Origin: Candidatus Micrarchaeia archaeon
Lineage (GTDB): Archaea; Micrarchaeota; Micrarchaeia; Anstonellales; J096
Assembly: GCA_041500405.1 (NCBI GenBank)
Contig: JBGQMB010000004.1
Coordinates: 1 to 37,196 of the forward strand
DNA: 37,196 bases
Direction: 5' to 3'
This document shows positions 1 to 10,100 of the stretch, piece by piece; position 1 is the first letter of the stretch; every line of letters begins with the position of its first letter. The translations under genes and the position numbers were made by a program. The notes below the pieces were generated by a model. The model worked only from the letters and a program-made list of their open reading frames with translations. It was not told where the DNA came from and ran no database searches.

Positions 1-128
1 ACTCTAGATAATAGTTCTTGAAAAGTTTTAATTCTAAATGAACTAGATTGTTGAAAAAATCCTAATGCTGCAAAAATAAGGCCAATGAAAGCAATTAATA
101 AATTAGAATCAATTCCGTATACATCCAC
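1..128 (-). CDS. Partial ORF running off the left edge; putative membrane-anchored hypothetical protein in AT-rich DNA
   Basis: Hand translation from GTG at 128 gives MDVYGIDSNLLIAFIGLIFAALGFFQQSSSFRIKTFQELLSR..., open to the window edge, with an N-terminal hydrophobic helix. Confidence 0.4.
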   Translation of the reverse strand, partial: MDVYGIDSNLLIAFIGLIFAALGFFQQSSSFRIKTFQELLSR

Positions 129-132
129 GAGA

Positions 133-258
133 TCACTTTCTTTTTGGTTTATTTAATAGAGCAACAAATTCTGAATTATTTGTAGATTTCTTTCCGATAT
201 CAGAGATAAATACTTTATTGCTAGTAGCCTCTTTTCTTAAATCTTTTATTACCGTCAT
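133..258 (-). CDS. Possible small basic protein (41 aa)
   Basis: ATG at 258 to TGA at 133-135 gives MTVIKDLRKEATSNKVFISDIGKKSTNNSEFVALLNKPKRK. A TATA-like TTTTTAAATAT lies about 25 nt upstream. No recognisable family. Confidence 0.3.
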   Translation of the reverse strand: MTVIKDLRKEATSNKVFISDIGKKSTNNSEFVALLNKPKRK

Positions 259-352
259 AATAATAACAGAAATGATCTATTTTTAAATATGATTAGACCT
301 CGTTGCCAATCCCCACACCCTTTAAAATCCCTCCAGTATCTATAAGTTGCAT

Positions 353-1987
353 ATGCAACCTGACCAAACCCCCAATGTTGGCGAATCCCCCGACGCTGTT
401 GCAGGCGGAACAAACAAGGACTTCAAGGAGCATTCTGTTGCGGAATTTTTCAAAAAGAACAGGCACATGCTCGGCTTCTCGGGAAAAACAAGGAGCCTCA
501 CCACCATAATTCACGAATATGTGACCAACTCGCTTGACGCATGCGACGAGCATGGAATCCTCCCAAACATAAAGATAGAGATGTCTGAAAGGGGGGAGGA
601 CAAATATCATGTCGTTGTGTCGGACAACGGCCCCGGCATGCCGAGGTCCATCATAGGAAAGGCGCTGGGAAAGATGCTTGCAGGGACAAAATTCCACCGC
701 TATATGCAGCAAAGGGGCCAGCAGGGGATTGGGGCGACTGGATGCACAATGTACGCGCAGATAACGACCGGAAAGCCCATCCATATCATCTCCGCGCACA
801 GGGGAAAGGCCATATTATGCGACCTTAAGGTTGACCTTAAGACAAACGAGCCCATTATGACCAATATAACGGAACAGGACGCGCCCTACAATGGGCTTAC
901 AATAGAGGCCGATTTCGCAGACGTGAAGTTTGACAAAGGCACTTACGGCGTATTGGAATATGTCAAAAGGACCGCAATAGCGAATCCGCACGCGCAGATA
1001 GAGCTGATAGCGCCTGGAAATGAGCATTACCCGTTCCCAAGGTCGGTTGACGCTGTCCCGAAAAAGCCAAAGGAGGTCCAGCCCCACCCGATGGGCATAG
1101 GCGCATATGACCTGCAGGCAATGGCGCATGGCGCAAAGGAAAACAGGCTATCGGCATTCCTGGTTGAAAACTTCGCAAGATTCTCCCAGCAGAAAATAAA
1201 CGAGCTTAAGGAGCTGACGGATGTCGATTTCGCGAAAAACCCGAAACAGCTCACATGGGACGAGGCGGAAAAGCTGGTCAATGCGATAAAGAAGCTGAAA
1301 TGGATAGCGCCTCCGCTGGACTCTGTCATACCGATAGGCAAGGCGCAGATAGAAAAGAGCATGAAAAGCGTGCTGGACCCGGAGTTCATGAACGTTGTTG
1401 AAAGGGACATAAAGATTTATTCCGGCGGAATACCGTTTGCGGTCGAGGTCGGCATCGCGTTCGGCGGAAAGATAAACGAGAAAAAGGGCGAGATATACAG
1501 GTACGCAAACAGGACGCCGCTGATGTTCGACTCGTCCGGATGCGCGATAACGGAATCCGTAAAGGAGATAGAATGGAGAAGGTACGGCATTGACATGGAC
1601 AATGATCCGGTGGTAATTTTTGTAAACGTCTCAAGCGTGCACATCCCGTATATGGGCGCCGGAAAGCAGGCGATATCGGACATAGACGACGTAAAGCAGG
1701 AGATAAAGAACGCGATAATGGAGTGCGCAAGGGGCATAAAGCTCAGCCTTGGAAGGAAAAGGAAAGCCGGCGACATTGAAAAGAAGAAGGCCGCGCTTAT
1801 GAGATATATAGGCAGGCTGAGCGAGGACCTTGCGAACCTTTCCGAGGAAAGCAGCAAGGAGGAGCTGGAGAAAAAGATACGGGAAATGATAGAAACCAGG
1901 TATGCGTCGGTGTTTGAAAATGACGAGCCTGAGCCTGAAAAGCAGGAACCGGCAGGGGATGTGGACAATGGAGAAAAAGAAGAGTGA
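353..1987 (+). CDS. top6B: DNA topoisomerase VI subunit B
   Basis: GHKL motifs HEYVTNSLDAC, VSDNGPGM and RGQQGIG; N-terminal SVAEFFKKNRHMLGF; transducer RYANRTPL and GAGKQAI. ATG at 353 is preferred because TTTAAAAT lies at 321-328. Confidence 0.96.
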   Translation: MQPDQTPNVGESPDAVAGGTNKDFKEHSVAEFFKKNRHMLGFSGKTRSLTTIIHEYVTNSLDACDEHGILPNIKIEMSERGEDKYHVVVSDNGPGMPRSIIGKALGKMLAGTKFHRYMQQRGQQGIGATGCTMYAQITTGKPIHIISAHRGKAILCDLKVDLKTNEPIMTNITEQDAPYNGLTIEADFADVKFDKGTYGVLEYVKRTAIANPHAQIELIAPGNEHYPFPRSVDAVPKKPKEVQPHPMGIGAYDLQAMAHGAKENRLSAFLVENFARFSQQKINELKELTDVDFAKNPKQLTWDEAEKLVNAIKKLKWIAPPLDSVIPIGKAQIEKSMKSVLDPEFMNVVERDIKIYSGGIPFAVEVGIAFGGKINEKKGEIYRYANRTPLMFDSSGCAITESVKEIEWRRYGIDMDNDPVVIFVNVSSVHIPYMGAGKQAISDIDDVKQEIKNAIMECARGIKLSLGRKRKAGDIEKKKAALMRYIGRLSEDLANLSEESSKEELEKKIREMIETRYASVFENDEPEPEKQEPAGDVDNGEKEE

Positions 1988-3086
1988 AAAAAGCGAGGAC
2001 CAGAAGGCCTACGACGGCCTTGTCTCCCTTGGAAAGGGCATGGTCACGGAAGTCAGGGGGGGCGCAACGCCAACGTTCGAGACCTCGCTAAGGGGCAGGT
2101 CCAACATCCTGTTCGACAAGGACGGATACCTGAAGCTCGGGGACAAGACCGAGACAAGGAAATTCATGAACCTCAGCCAGGCAAGGACGTTCATGCAGAC
2201 AATAAGCATAGCGAACAAGCTCAAGCAGTTCATAAGGCAGGGATTGCACACGTCCATCAGGGGCCTTTACTACCAATTGAAGTTTAGTTTGGGGGAGGAT
2301 TTGGACGAAAGCCTGTTTGAGGAGCAGAGCGAATCAAACGTCCTTGTGGAGGACCTTGAAGTTTCCATGGGCTCCAAAAGGGAGGACTTCCATCTGACGA
2401 CGGACAGGAAGGGCGTGCTTGCAGGAAACATAAAGCTCATAGACAGGTTCGGCGGGGAGGAAATAACCATAGACGGGACAAAGCAGGGAAGGAGCGGGTG
2501 GATGATACCGAGCGACGTTGACAACGGCATGGAGATAGAGAGCGTGAAGGCAGACTACGTTTTAGTCGTTGAAAAGGACGCGCTCTGGCAAAGGCTCAAC
2601 GAGGACAGGTTCTGGCAAAAGGAAAAGGCGATACTGATAACGCCAAAAGGCCAGAGCTCAAGGGGAACAAGGAGGCTGATAAGGAAGCTCGCGGACAAGG
2701 GGCTCCCTGTTTATGTTTTCACTGACTGCGACGCCTGGGGATGGTACATTTACTGGACCTTGAAGACAGGGTCCATGAACCTCGCATACCTTGGAAAGGA
2801 GTTCAGCATACCGGAGTCAAGGTTCATAGGCGTTACGATGAGCGACATAGAAAGATACGACTTCCTGAAAAAGCTCACAATAAACGCAAAGGAGCTGGAC
2901 ATCAAGAGGGCAAGGGAGATGATGGGCTATCCGTGGATAGCGAAGCACCCTGAGTGGGTGAAGGAGCTGAAAAAGGTCCTTGACACAAAGAAGAAGATAG
3001 AGCAGGACGCATTGCAGGGGCAAAGATTAACTTTCGTCAGCGAGTACGTCAAGGACAAGATAGAGAACAACGATATGCTGCCGTGA
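1968..3086 (+). CDS. top6A: DNA topoisomerase VI subunit A
   Basis: SIRGLYY (catalytic Tyr), Toprim VVEKDA, KGQSSRGTR, FTDCDAWG and KIEQDAL. Overlaps the 3' end of top6B; start ATG at 1968. Confidence 0.96.
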   Translation: MEKKKSEKSEDQKAYDGLVSLGKGMVTEVRGGATPTFETSLRGRSNILFDKDGYLKLGDKTETRKFMNLSQARTFMQTISIANKLKQFIRQGLHTSIRGLYYQLKFSLGEDLDESLFEEQSESNVLVEDLEVSMGSKREDFHLTTDRKGVLAGNIKLIDRFGGEEITIDGTKQGRSGWMIPSDVDNGMEIESVKADYVLVVEKDALWQRLNEDRFWQKEKAILITPKGQSSRGTRRLIRKLADKGLPVYVFTDCDAWGWYIYWTLKTGSMNLAYLGKEFSIPESRFIGVTMSDIERYDFLKKLTINAKELDIKRAREMMGYPWIAKHPEWVKELKKVLDTKKKIEQDALQGQRLTFVSEYVKDKIENNDMLP

Positions 3087-3142
3087 GCCATGGCAAAAGG
3101 GCCATGAAAGGCATTTAAAGGGTTCTGCGCAATATTATTCCA

Positions 3143-4414
3143 ATGGAAAAAAAGGAAGACATAGCCCAGATGCCATCGCACGCGCTCATAGAGCACGCCA
3201 GCCAGAGGCTTGAGCAGAATATAGGGCTAGGCGAGCTGAAGAGGCTCAGAAATGAGATGGTAAAGCGCGGGTTCATACATCCGTTTGCGCACATGGCAAG
3301 GATTCCGGGCGATGCGGAAAAAAGGGAAAAGGAGGACATAAGGAAGCAAATCGACTATTTCATGAAAATGGCGGTTTTGAAGAAATACACGCTTGTCAAG
3401 ACCCAGGCGCTGATAGCATCCTGGTCATTGAAAAAGTCGCTTGAAAGGAACGGATACACGGACCTGATGGCGCACATGCCGAAGAACGGCGACTATATCG
3501 GGGAGCTTATCCTCCACGGCAACGGAGCAATCCGCGCGTACAAGGAGCTTGACGAATATCTTTCCAAATCAGGCCATACTGAGGAAAGGCATTTTGTTGA
3601 GGTGGAAGAGCAGCTTGGCGCGACCTACAGGAAGAAGGGAAAAACAATGGCTGAGGCCATGGCCGGCATCCCGAAGGATGCGAAAATAAAAAGATCCGGA
3701 AAGATGAAAAAAAGGTTCCCGATAATCAAAAGCAAGATAATAAGGAAGCTGCTTTGCGCGTCGGTGGCGTGCTATGTCTCGGATTTGGCGGTGGAGCAGT
3801 TCAATACGGGAAAGATAAGGGATTACAACAAGGCATTGCTTGGCCTTGGCATAGCGCCGTTCAGCAGGCTGGACTATGCCGAGGGCTTTGACAATGAGAA
3901 AAAGGAGCTTGTGAAACAGGGATATATGGAAAGCGACGGGGAAACGTCCAAGACAAGAAAGGAATGGGTGGAGGAGATTTACAGGGCAAGGGACGGCATG
4001 AACACGTGGATGATGAGGAACGCCGCCGCGATGCTCTTTACCCCGATAATGAAATATTACCTGCTCAACAACAGGGCGCAAAGGGAGAAAAACCCGATAT
4101 TCCCTAGCCTGGCGCCCATGCCGAGCGAGGAGCAAACGGCCGTCTTCGTCTATCTGAGGGATTTGCTGGGCATGGATGTGTTCAGCGTCATAAAAAGGAA
4201 ACTCCAGTTCGAAAGCGTTATGCCCTCGGGAGAGCTGGCAGCAGGCCTTCTTGCCATATACGGGACAATGGAAAAGGCGTCCAAGATGACCGGCATGAAG
4301 GAAAGCGAAATAAGTGAGGCCGAAAGCCGGGTAAGGAAGATGATGGAGGGCGGAAAGGGCCATGAGTTCGCGGAATACCTTGGAAATAAGGGGAACAAGA
4401 AGCAGGATAAATGA
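3143..4414 (+). CDS. Conserved archaeal hypothetical protein, probably DUF530-like
   Basis: 423-aa ORF with host-like codon usage and an upstream TATA box. The N-terminal LKRLRNEMVKRGFIHPF and later KYYL...R...FPSL segments resemble DUF530 from memory; not verified. Confidence 0.55.
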   Translation: MEKKEDIAQMPSHALIEHASQRLEQNIGLGELKRLRNEMVKRGFIHPFAHMARIPGDAEKREKEDIRKQIDYFMKMAVLKKYTLVKTQALIASWSLKKSLERNGYTDLMAHMPKNGDYIGELILHGNGAIRAYKELDEYLSKSGHTEERHFVEVEEQLGATYRKKGKTMAEAMAGIPKDAKIKRSGKMKKRFPIIKSKIIRKLLCASVACYVSDLAVEQFNTGKIRDYNKALLGLGIAPFSRLDYAEGFDNEKKELVKQGYMESDGETSKTRKEWVEEIYRARDGMNTWMMRNAAAMLFTPIMKYYLLNNRAQREKNPIFPSLAPMPSEEQTAVFVYLRDLLGMDVFSVIKRKLQFESVMPSGELAAGLLAIYGTMEKASKMTGMKESEISEAESRVRKMMEGGKGHEFAEYLGNKGNKKQDK

Positions 4415-4742
4415 GCTGCTTGCCCATAATCCAGAGATTACGGACGCGCTGGTCTACGCCAAGCCGTCAAAAAGAATATTGTTCAGCATGCTCAACGCAT
4501 TCCCAAACCTGAAAAGGGTTGTTTTGGGAAAGGGCATAATGAGGCAGATGCCGAAAAGGCAGGTTGATGCGCTGGAAAAGGTCGGCATAGCGGTCATAGC
4601 TGAAACTAGGAAAAGGGGAAGGGCGCCCATGTTTTCAGAACAGCAAAAACAGGGAATAATCGCGGATTTCGCAAAGGACCGGTCGTCTGCAAAAAAACAC
4701 GGCGTGAGCGCACGGTCCGTGTACTATTGGATGAAAAAATGA
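4362..4742 (+). CDS. DUF1699-like protein with a C-terminal helix-turn-helix
   Basis: KPSKRILFSMLNAFPNLKRVVL...LEKVGI resembles DUF1699. The tail RGRAP...SAKKHGVSARSVYYWMKK is HTH-like. Confidence 0.55.
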   Translation: MSSRNTLEIRGTRSRINELLAHNPEITDALVYAKPSKRILFSMLNAFPNLKRVVLGKGIMRQMPKRQVDALEKVGIAVIAETRKRGRAPMFSEQQKQGIIADFAKDRSSAKKHGVSARSVYYWMKK

Positions 4743-4745
4743 AGG

Positions 4746-7115
4746 TCAGTTGAGCTGCGCGCCAGGCGCGTAAATCTTTATTTTCGCGTCCATGGCGTTG
4801 TAATATGAGGAGCTGGCGCAGCCGCCGCACTCGTCTATCGCGTCAATGTAGATGGAGAGCGTGTCCATGCCGTACTGTATCTTTCCGTAGCTGCCCTTGA
4901 CCTTGCTGTAGAACGTCACCGGGTCCATATTCGGCTGGCCGCACACGCCGTACTGGTTCTTGTAGTCGCCGTCGGAGTTGCAGCACAGGACGCGGCCCAT
5001 ATTGTTCATCTTTTTGCAGTCCCCTCCCTTGTCGACATTGGGCCTGAAGTCCCTCCAAAGCTCGAGGTATGTGTCGCTGCTTGTGCCGCCGTCGTCAAGG
5101 CTATAGCCGTAATAAAGCTCCGCAGTGAACGCAACTGTCAGCGCGTCAAGGAGGTTCTGGTTGTTCTCGTCGGAAAACGACGCAACCTTCAGGGTTTCGC
5201 TGTTGGCCGTGACTGCGGAATATGCCGCAGGCAGGAAATTCCATGCGATCTTGTACGATGCAGCGCATATGCTGTCCGCGGCCACGAACGGGTTGAACTT
5301 CTCGCCGCCGCATGCCTTCACCTCGGCCGGCATCGCAAGCCCGAGCGAGGCGTACATGCTGCCAGGCAAATCGGTCGTCTGCATCATGCCGCTTGCGCAT
5401 ACTGTGTATTTCTGGTTGTCGCTAGGCGGGTCCGCCATTGACGAGACGCTGCACCCCGCGGCTGTTGCGGCCGTGGAGATGTCGGACTTCTTTATTATTT
5501 TTCCTGTGCAAAGGCCTGCGCTTAATTCAGGAAGGTAAGATATGGTGCAAGGATTGAAATCAGACTCCTTCTGCGCAATCGCCTTCAGGAGGTTGGTGTC
5601 TATGTCATAAAGGTCTCCGTAAAAATTAATCCTGTTTGCCGCATCTTCAGGTTTCTCGCAGTTTGAGGCCCTGAATACGCCCTTTATGTTCTTTAGGAAT
5701 GCCGATATGTTCTTGGAGTCGTATATCATGAAGCACGCCCTGCACTCATAGGTCTGTTTCTCACTGTCCCCAAAATTTATTTCGGCAAGCGGGACATAGT
5801 CGCCCGTGCTCTGCGTTCCGGCATAGGACATCGTGTTTTCAGGGATGAAGTCAAGGACCCCGCACTTGCCGATTGAAGACGTGTCCATTGCAAAGACCTG
5901 GAAGTTCCTGCCGCCGTAATAGTTCTGGCAAAGCGAGAACCACGCGGACGCCGCGCTCTGCCTCAGCGACGTGCTGGAATCCACGAATGAATTGTTTTCC
6001 GCAGGGTAGAAGAACGCCTCCGAGTAGAACGGCTCTGATGACATGCCCATAAGGCCGTTCTTGGACATCTCCGGTATGTCGTTGAACATCAGCCAGAGAA
6101 GCTTCCTTTCCTCAAGGTCGCTCCACCTGCATGCGCTCCTGTTGAGATTGACATAATACCAGAACGTCGGCTTCCCGTATTTCGCCCTTATTGCGTTTGT
6201 GGCCAGCTGGGCCTGCGAAACAAGGTAGGATCCTGAGCCGCACTTTGAGTCCTCGTTTGAATCAATTAGATAGTCGCTGTCAATGCCGAATCCGACAAAA
6301 TCAACTTTGTCCAGCGCGTGGGATGCGCTGAGCGCGTCAAGGATGCGTGTGCCGTTCGGCCCGTTCCTTATTGACAGGCCGACCTTGCAGTTGGAGCATG
6401 CGGCGCTTATCCCCCTTATTTGGCTGGCTATATTCTCTATGTTTGTGTCGCTGGATTCTGGGTTCATCTCTGTCGCTATCATGACCGGCCCGAGACCGGA
6501 CATCTGGCGCGCGAAGCCTCCCGCATTGTCTTTTCCAGGCACGGTTCCGTTGTTGTAAAGTATGTAGAGCGGGATGACGCTTTTGTCAAGGAAGCACGCG
6601 GCGCCGGTATATGACTTCGAGGAAAATGTGTATTTCTCTGCGTCAAGCGAGCGGACAAGCTTGACCGCATAGCGAAGCGAGTTGTTGCAGTACGTGTTCG
6701 CATTGTTGAAGTCGGCGAATGTCATGCCCTGGCCTATGCCAAATTCGCGAATATAATATGTAGAATCGTTCAGGTTCTTGGCTATTTCAGCCTTGTTCTC
6801 AAAGGTCACGTTCTGGAGCCAGCAGTTCCCGCCGATGAGCGACGCGTCCATCCATTTCCAGTAGCGCACGCTGTAATACATGAACTGCGCCCAGTTCACA
6901 AATGATTTTCGCGAGGCGTTCTGGCACAGCATTATGCTGCAGTTTCCGGCGTTTGCGTATTCCGTCAGGTTTGTAGCGTTCATTTTCGCGCTGACGGCTG
7001 TGTGGCTGTCGCTGAGATATTGCGCTGTGCTGCTCTCTATCATATCGCTAAGGCACCCTGAAAGCAGCGCAATTGCCGCCAAAATCAAGACCGCGAAAAA
7101 CTTTCCTTTTCCCAT
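4746..7115 (-). CDS. Secreted lipoprotein (789 aa) with a glycoside-hydrolase-like barrel and a lytic transglycosylase (SLT/GH23-like) domain
   Basis: Start reassigned to ATG 7115 (SD-like AGGGGT upstream): MGKGKFFAVLILAAIALLSGC is a signal peptide plus lipobox. SLT motifs: YDIDTNLLKAIAQKESDFNP, ASGMMQ and FNPFVAADSICAASYKI. Cys-rich with many N-x-S/T sequons. Confidence 0.75.
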   Translation of the reverse strand: MGKGKFFAVLILAAIALLSGCLSDMIESSTAQYLSDSHTAVSAKMNATNLTEYANAGNCSIMLCQNASRKSFVNWAQFMYYSVRYWKWMDASLIGGNCWLQNVTFENKAEIAKNLNDSTYYIREFGIGQGMTFADFNNANTYCNNSLRYAVKLVRSLDAEKYTFSSKSYTGAACFLDKSVIPLYILYNNGTVPGKDNAGGFARQMSGLGPVMIATEMNPESSDTNIENIASQIRGISAACSNCKVGLSIRNGPNGTRILDALSASHALDKVDFVGFGIDSDYLIDSNEDSKCGSGSYLVSQAQLATNAIRAKYGKPTFWYYVNLNRSACRWSDLEERKLLWLMFNDIPEMSKNGLMGMSSEPFYSEAFFYPAENNSFVDSSTSLRQSAASAWFSLCQNYYGGRNFQVFAMDTSSIGKCGVLDFIPENTMSYAGTQSTGDYVPLAEINFGDSEKQTYECRACFMIYDSKNISAFLKNIKGVFRASNCEKPEDAANRINFYGDLYDIDTNLLKAIAQKESDFNPCTISYLPELSAGLCTGKIIKKSDISTAATAAGCSVSSMADPPSDNQKYTVCASGMMQTTDLPGSMYASLGLAMPAEVKACGGEKFNPFVAADSICAASYKIAWNFLPAAYSAVTANSETLKVASFSDENNQNLLDALTVAFTAELYYGYSLDDGGTSSDTYLELWRDFRPNVDKGGDCKKMNNMGRVLCCNSDGDYKNQYGVCGQPNMDPVTFYSKVKGSYGKIQYGMDTLSIYIDAIDECGGCASSSYYNAMDAKIKIYAPGAQLN

Positions 7116-7126
7116 GCAAAAACCCC

Positions 7127-10100
7127 TTACTTGTATTTCACCTTGCACTGCGGGCACGAGCCGGCCCCCCTCCTGATAAGCGCGCCGCAATAGCTGCATT
7201 TCATCATGTAGTTGGTGCCTCCGAGCGTGACCGCCGCCGCATTGAGCGGCGCGGAAAACCCTTCCGCGAAGAAGTCCGCGGTCGCACCGCCGAACTTCTT
7301 GGCCGCCCCCAGCCACCCTTCCTCTTGAACTGAGTCCCGTGCATTCATGTATAGGTTATTCAGGATCTTCTCCGTCTTGCCGGATATGACGTTGGTCGCT
7401 ATGAACGGGTTTATCATCGCGCCCATGAAGCTCTTTGACGGCGAATACATCTCCGCCTCCTGCTCCCTCTTGAAATAGTCTTCCACGATGTTGTTCTGCC
7501 TCTTCCTTATGCTGAGCGAGGCGTATGCCAGGTCTTCGGTGTCCGCCGTGCGCACGGAGCTTACCTTGGGCTCCTTGTATTCCCATTTGTACGTGTAGCT
7601 GCCCTGCTCCCCGCTCTTTTTCTGCTCCAGCTCCCTGGCCTCGTAGAGATTGTACACCTTCCACATCTCGCCCGGCTCGATTACGCGCTTGCCGGTTCCG
7701 AACATGTAATGCTCCCTGCCGGGTATGTCAGCCGGCGTCGCAAACTCGTTTGAGTACCAATAGAAGTGCGAGGACACCCTTTTCGCGCTATGGGTTTCCT
7801 CCTTGTCCGCTATCGCGCTCCCCTCGTTCGGGTTTACTGACGACATCCATTTGCCCACAGGGGCCATGAACTTCTTGAATGAATCCCACTTCTTTTCGCC
7901 GCCGGTCCTCTTCCAGGCGTCGAATCCCTCCGACGTTTCCGTGCCTGTCCAGAAGTTGGTCATTGCGCGGCTCCTGTCCCTTACCAGGTCGTTTGCGAAC
8001 TTCCCTGCATAGTAAACGCCGGGGATTGTGGCCAGGGCCGGGCCCCCGACAAGCGCGGCGATGCCCGCCAGGCCTACCTTTGAGCCTGAGCCTAGGTTGG
8101 CGAGCATTCCTGAAAGCGTGTATCCGATGTTGAGGCCCTGCTGGGGAAGGAATTGATCCATAGGGCCGCGTATTGTGCCCGGCTCCACGAATCTCCCATA
8201 CAGCATGGACCCCTCCTTATCGCGGTGGTGTATTGAATCAAGGCCCATGTCCTTGAACGCCCTTTTCACGTCGTCGTCAGCCTCGTACCTTATCTCATAT
8301 GGGTTGGCGACGCCCTTTGACATCTTCTCCTCAAAGCGGACTGCGTGCGCAAACGCCTGCTGCAAAGGCAGGTGCGCCCTTATCGTTTCGCGGGAAAGCC
8401 AGTCAAGCGCCCAATTCAGGCCCGAAGGATAGCTCTCTATGTTCTCCCTCCTGTATGCCTGCCACATCTGGTCTATCCAGGACTGCTTTAGCGTGGAAAC
8501 GCCTGCGTTTAGCGACGCCGCCGTAAGGCCCTCCCTGTAGTATGGATATGCCCCCCCATATATCGGATGCACATCCCTTGTCATGAACCACTCGAATGCG
8601 ATGAACGACTTCTGCAGGTCGCCCATCCTTAGCCTTATGAATTCCTCCGCGTCCTGCCTGGATTTGAATTGCTTCAGGAAGTCTATTTGGCTTTCGTCCG
8701 CCCCCCTTTCCATTCGTGCAAGTATTTTGTTGAGCGCCCCGTACTCGTCCAGCACAGCGAAGCCTTCCCTAAGTATCCTGTTCTCCTGGTTCTCTATGCC
8801 GAACAGGTCCTCGCTGCCTATCTGGAGCGTCTTCGTGTAAAGTACGGTCTCGTGGAATTTCGTGAACTTGTCTATGGCCTGCTCCTTGCCGTAAAGGAGC
8901 AGCCCTGAAAGCGCCTCTGCCGGGTTGCCGCTCCTGAACACGCCCTTCCAGGCTTCCATTCTCTGCTGGTCTATATCCGCAACCGTTCCGACCTTCACGT
9001 TGGCCATTCTGTTCAGCAGCGGCTCGAAGTCCCTTGTCTTCTCGGCATACCTGAATGCGGCTATCGCAACCTGCTGCGGGTCGGACACTGTTGTCCTCAG
9101 CCTTTCCAGGCCGGCCTTGAGCGCCTCTTTGTCCGCTCCGCCCGCCAGGTCTTTCATGAACTGGATTACGGACTTGTCTGTTATTCTGTATGTGTCCGCA
9201 AGCTCGCCCAGCGACTTGTATATGTTGCCGTGGTCGCCGATGTAGCTTATCCTCATGTTGAGGACCTTTTCGGTGCTGGCCCTTGCCATGTTCTGGAACG
9301 AAAGAGATGCTTTCTCCTTATCCCCAAGGTCCATGTTGGCGCCAACGAGCAGTTTTTTCAGGTCGCTGTTCATTGAGCTGGGATCCGCCCTCATCGGCAA
9401 TATGTCGCCGAGCTCGCCGTTCATGAACAGGAAGTCCTTGCTGCCCTTGACAGATTTGAGCGTGACCAGCCTGTTGTCCTGGTCCATCATGAAGTTGAAC
9501 ATCGCGGCGTCGAAGACGCGGCTGCGGTTGGCCTTTAAGTAGTCGCTGATTTCCTCTTTTGAGGCGGAGTATTCCTTGCCCTCCTTGGCGCTCCTGTCCT
9601 CGTCCTTCTTTCTGGCTATTATCTGCCTCCTGGCCTCGTCTTCCATCTCCTTGTCGGGCTTGAACTTGCCTCCGCTCATGATATAGTCAAGCATGTGGAT
9701 ATACCGCGTGCCGAACGTAAGCATGTTTTTGGACTGGAGCGTCGTTGACCTGTCGCTTATCAGCGTGAAGAGCCTGTCGTCGTTCTCGGCGCCCTTTCCG
9801 ACGAGCTGCGCCATGAGCGCGTTGGCCACGGACTCGCCGGTGCTTCCGGCTTTCTTGAACATGCCCTTTTCCCTCCTGTAGAACACATCCCAGAGGCCCA
9901 CGAACTTGAGCGTCTCCTCTGTCTCCCCAAGGTCCGAGAACCTCCTTGAGGTGGGGACAAATGATGTCTTTACAGCGAACGGGTCCTCGTCCTTGTCGTT
10001 TTTGTCATTTCTCAAGTATGCCCAGTGCCTGCCGTCAAGATAGGTGTGCGCAGTGTGCCTTGCGCCTGTCCCGAAGAGGTATGTCTTGACGTCATTCTTG

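Noticed and set aside
7116..7316. N-terminal extensions in the ORF track (7316, 12820, 19967, 26253, 28811, 1902 and others)
   Set aside because: They overlap neighbouring genes or promoters. Downstream ATGs give proper signal peptides, SD motifs or TATA spacing.
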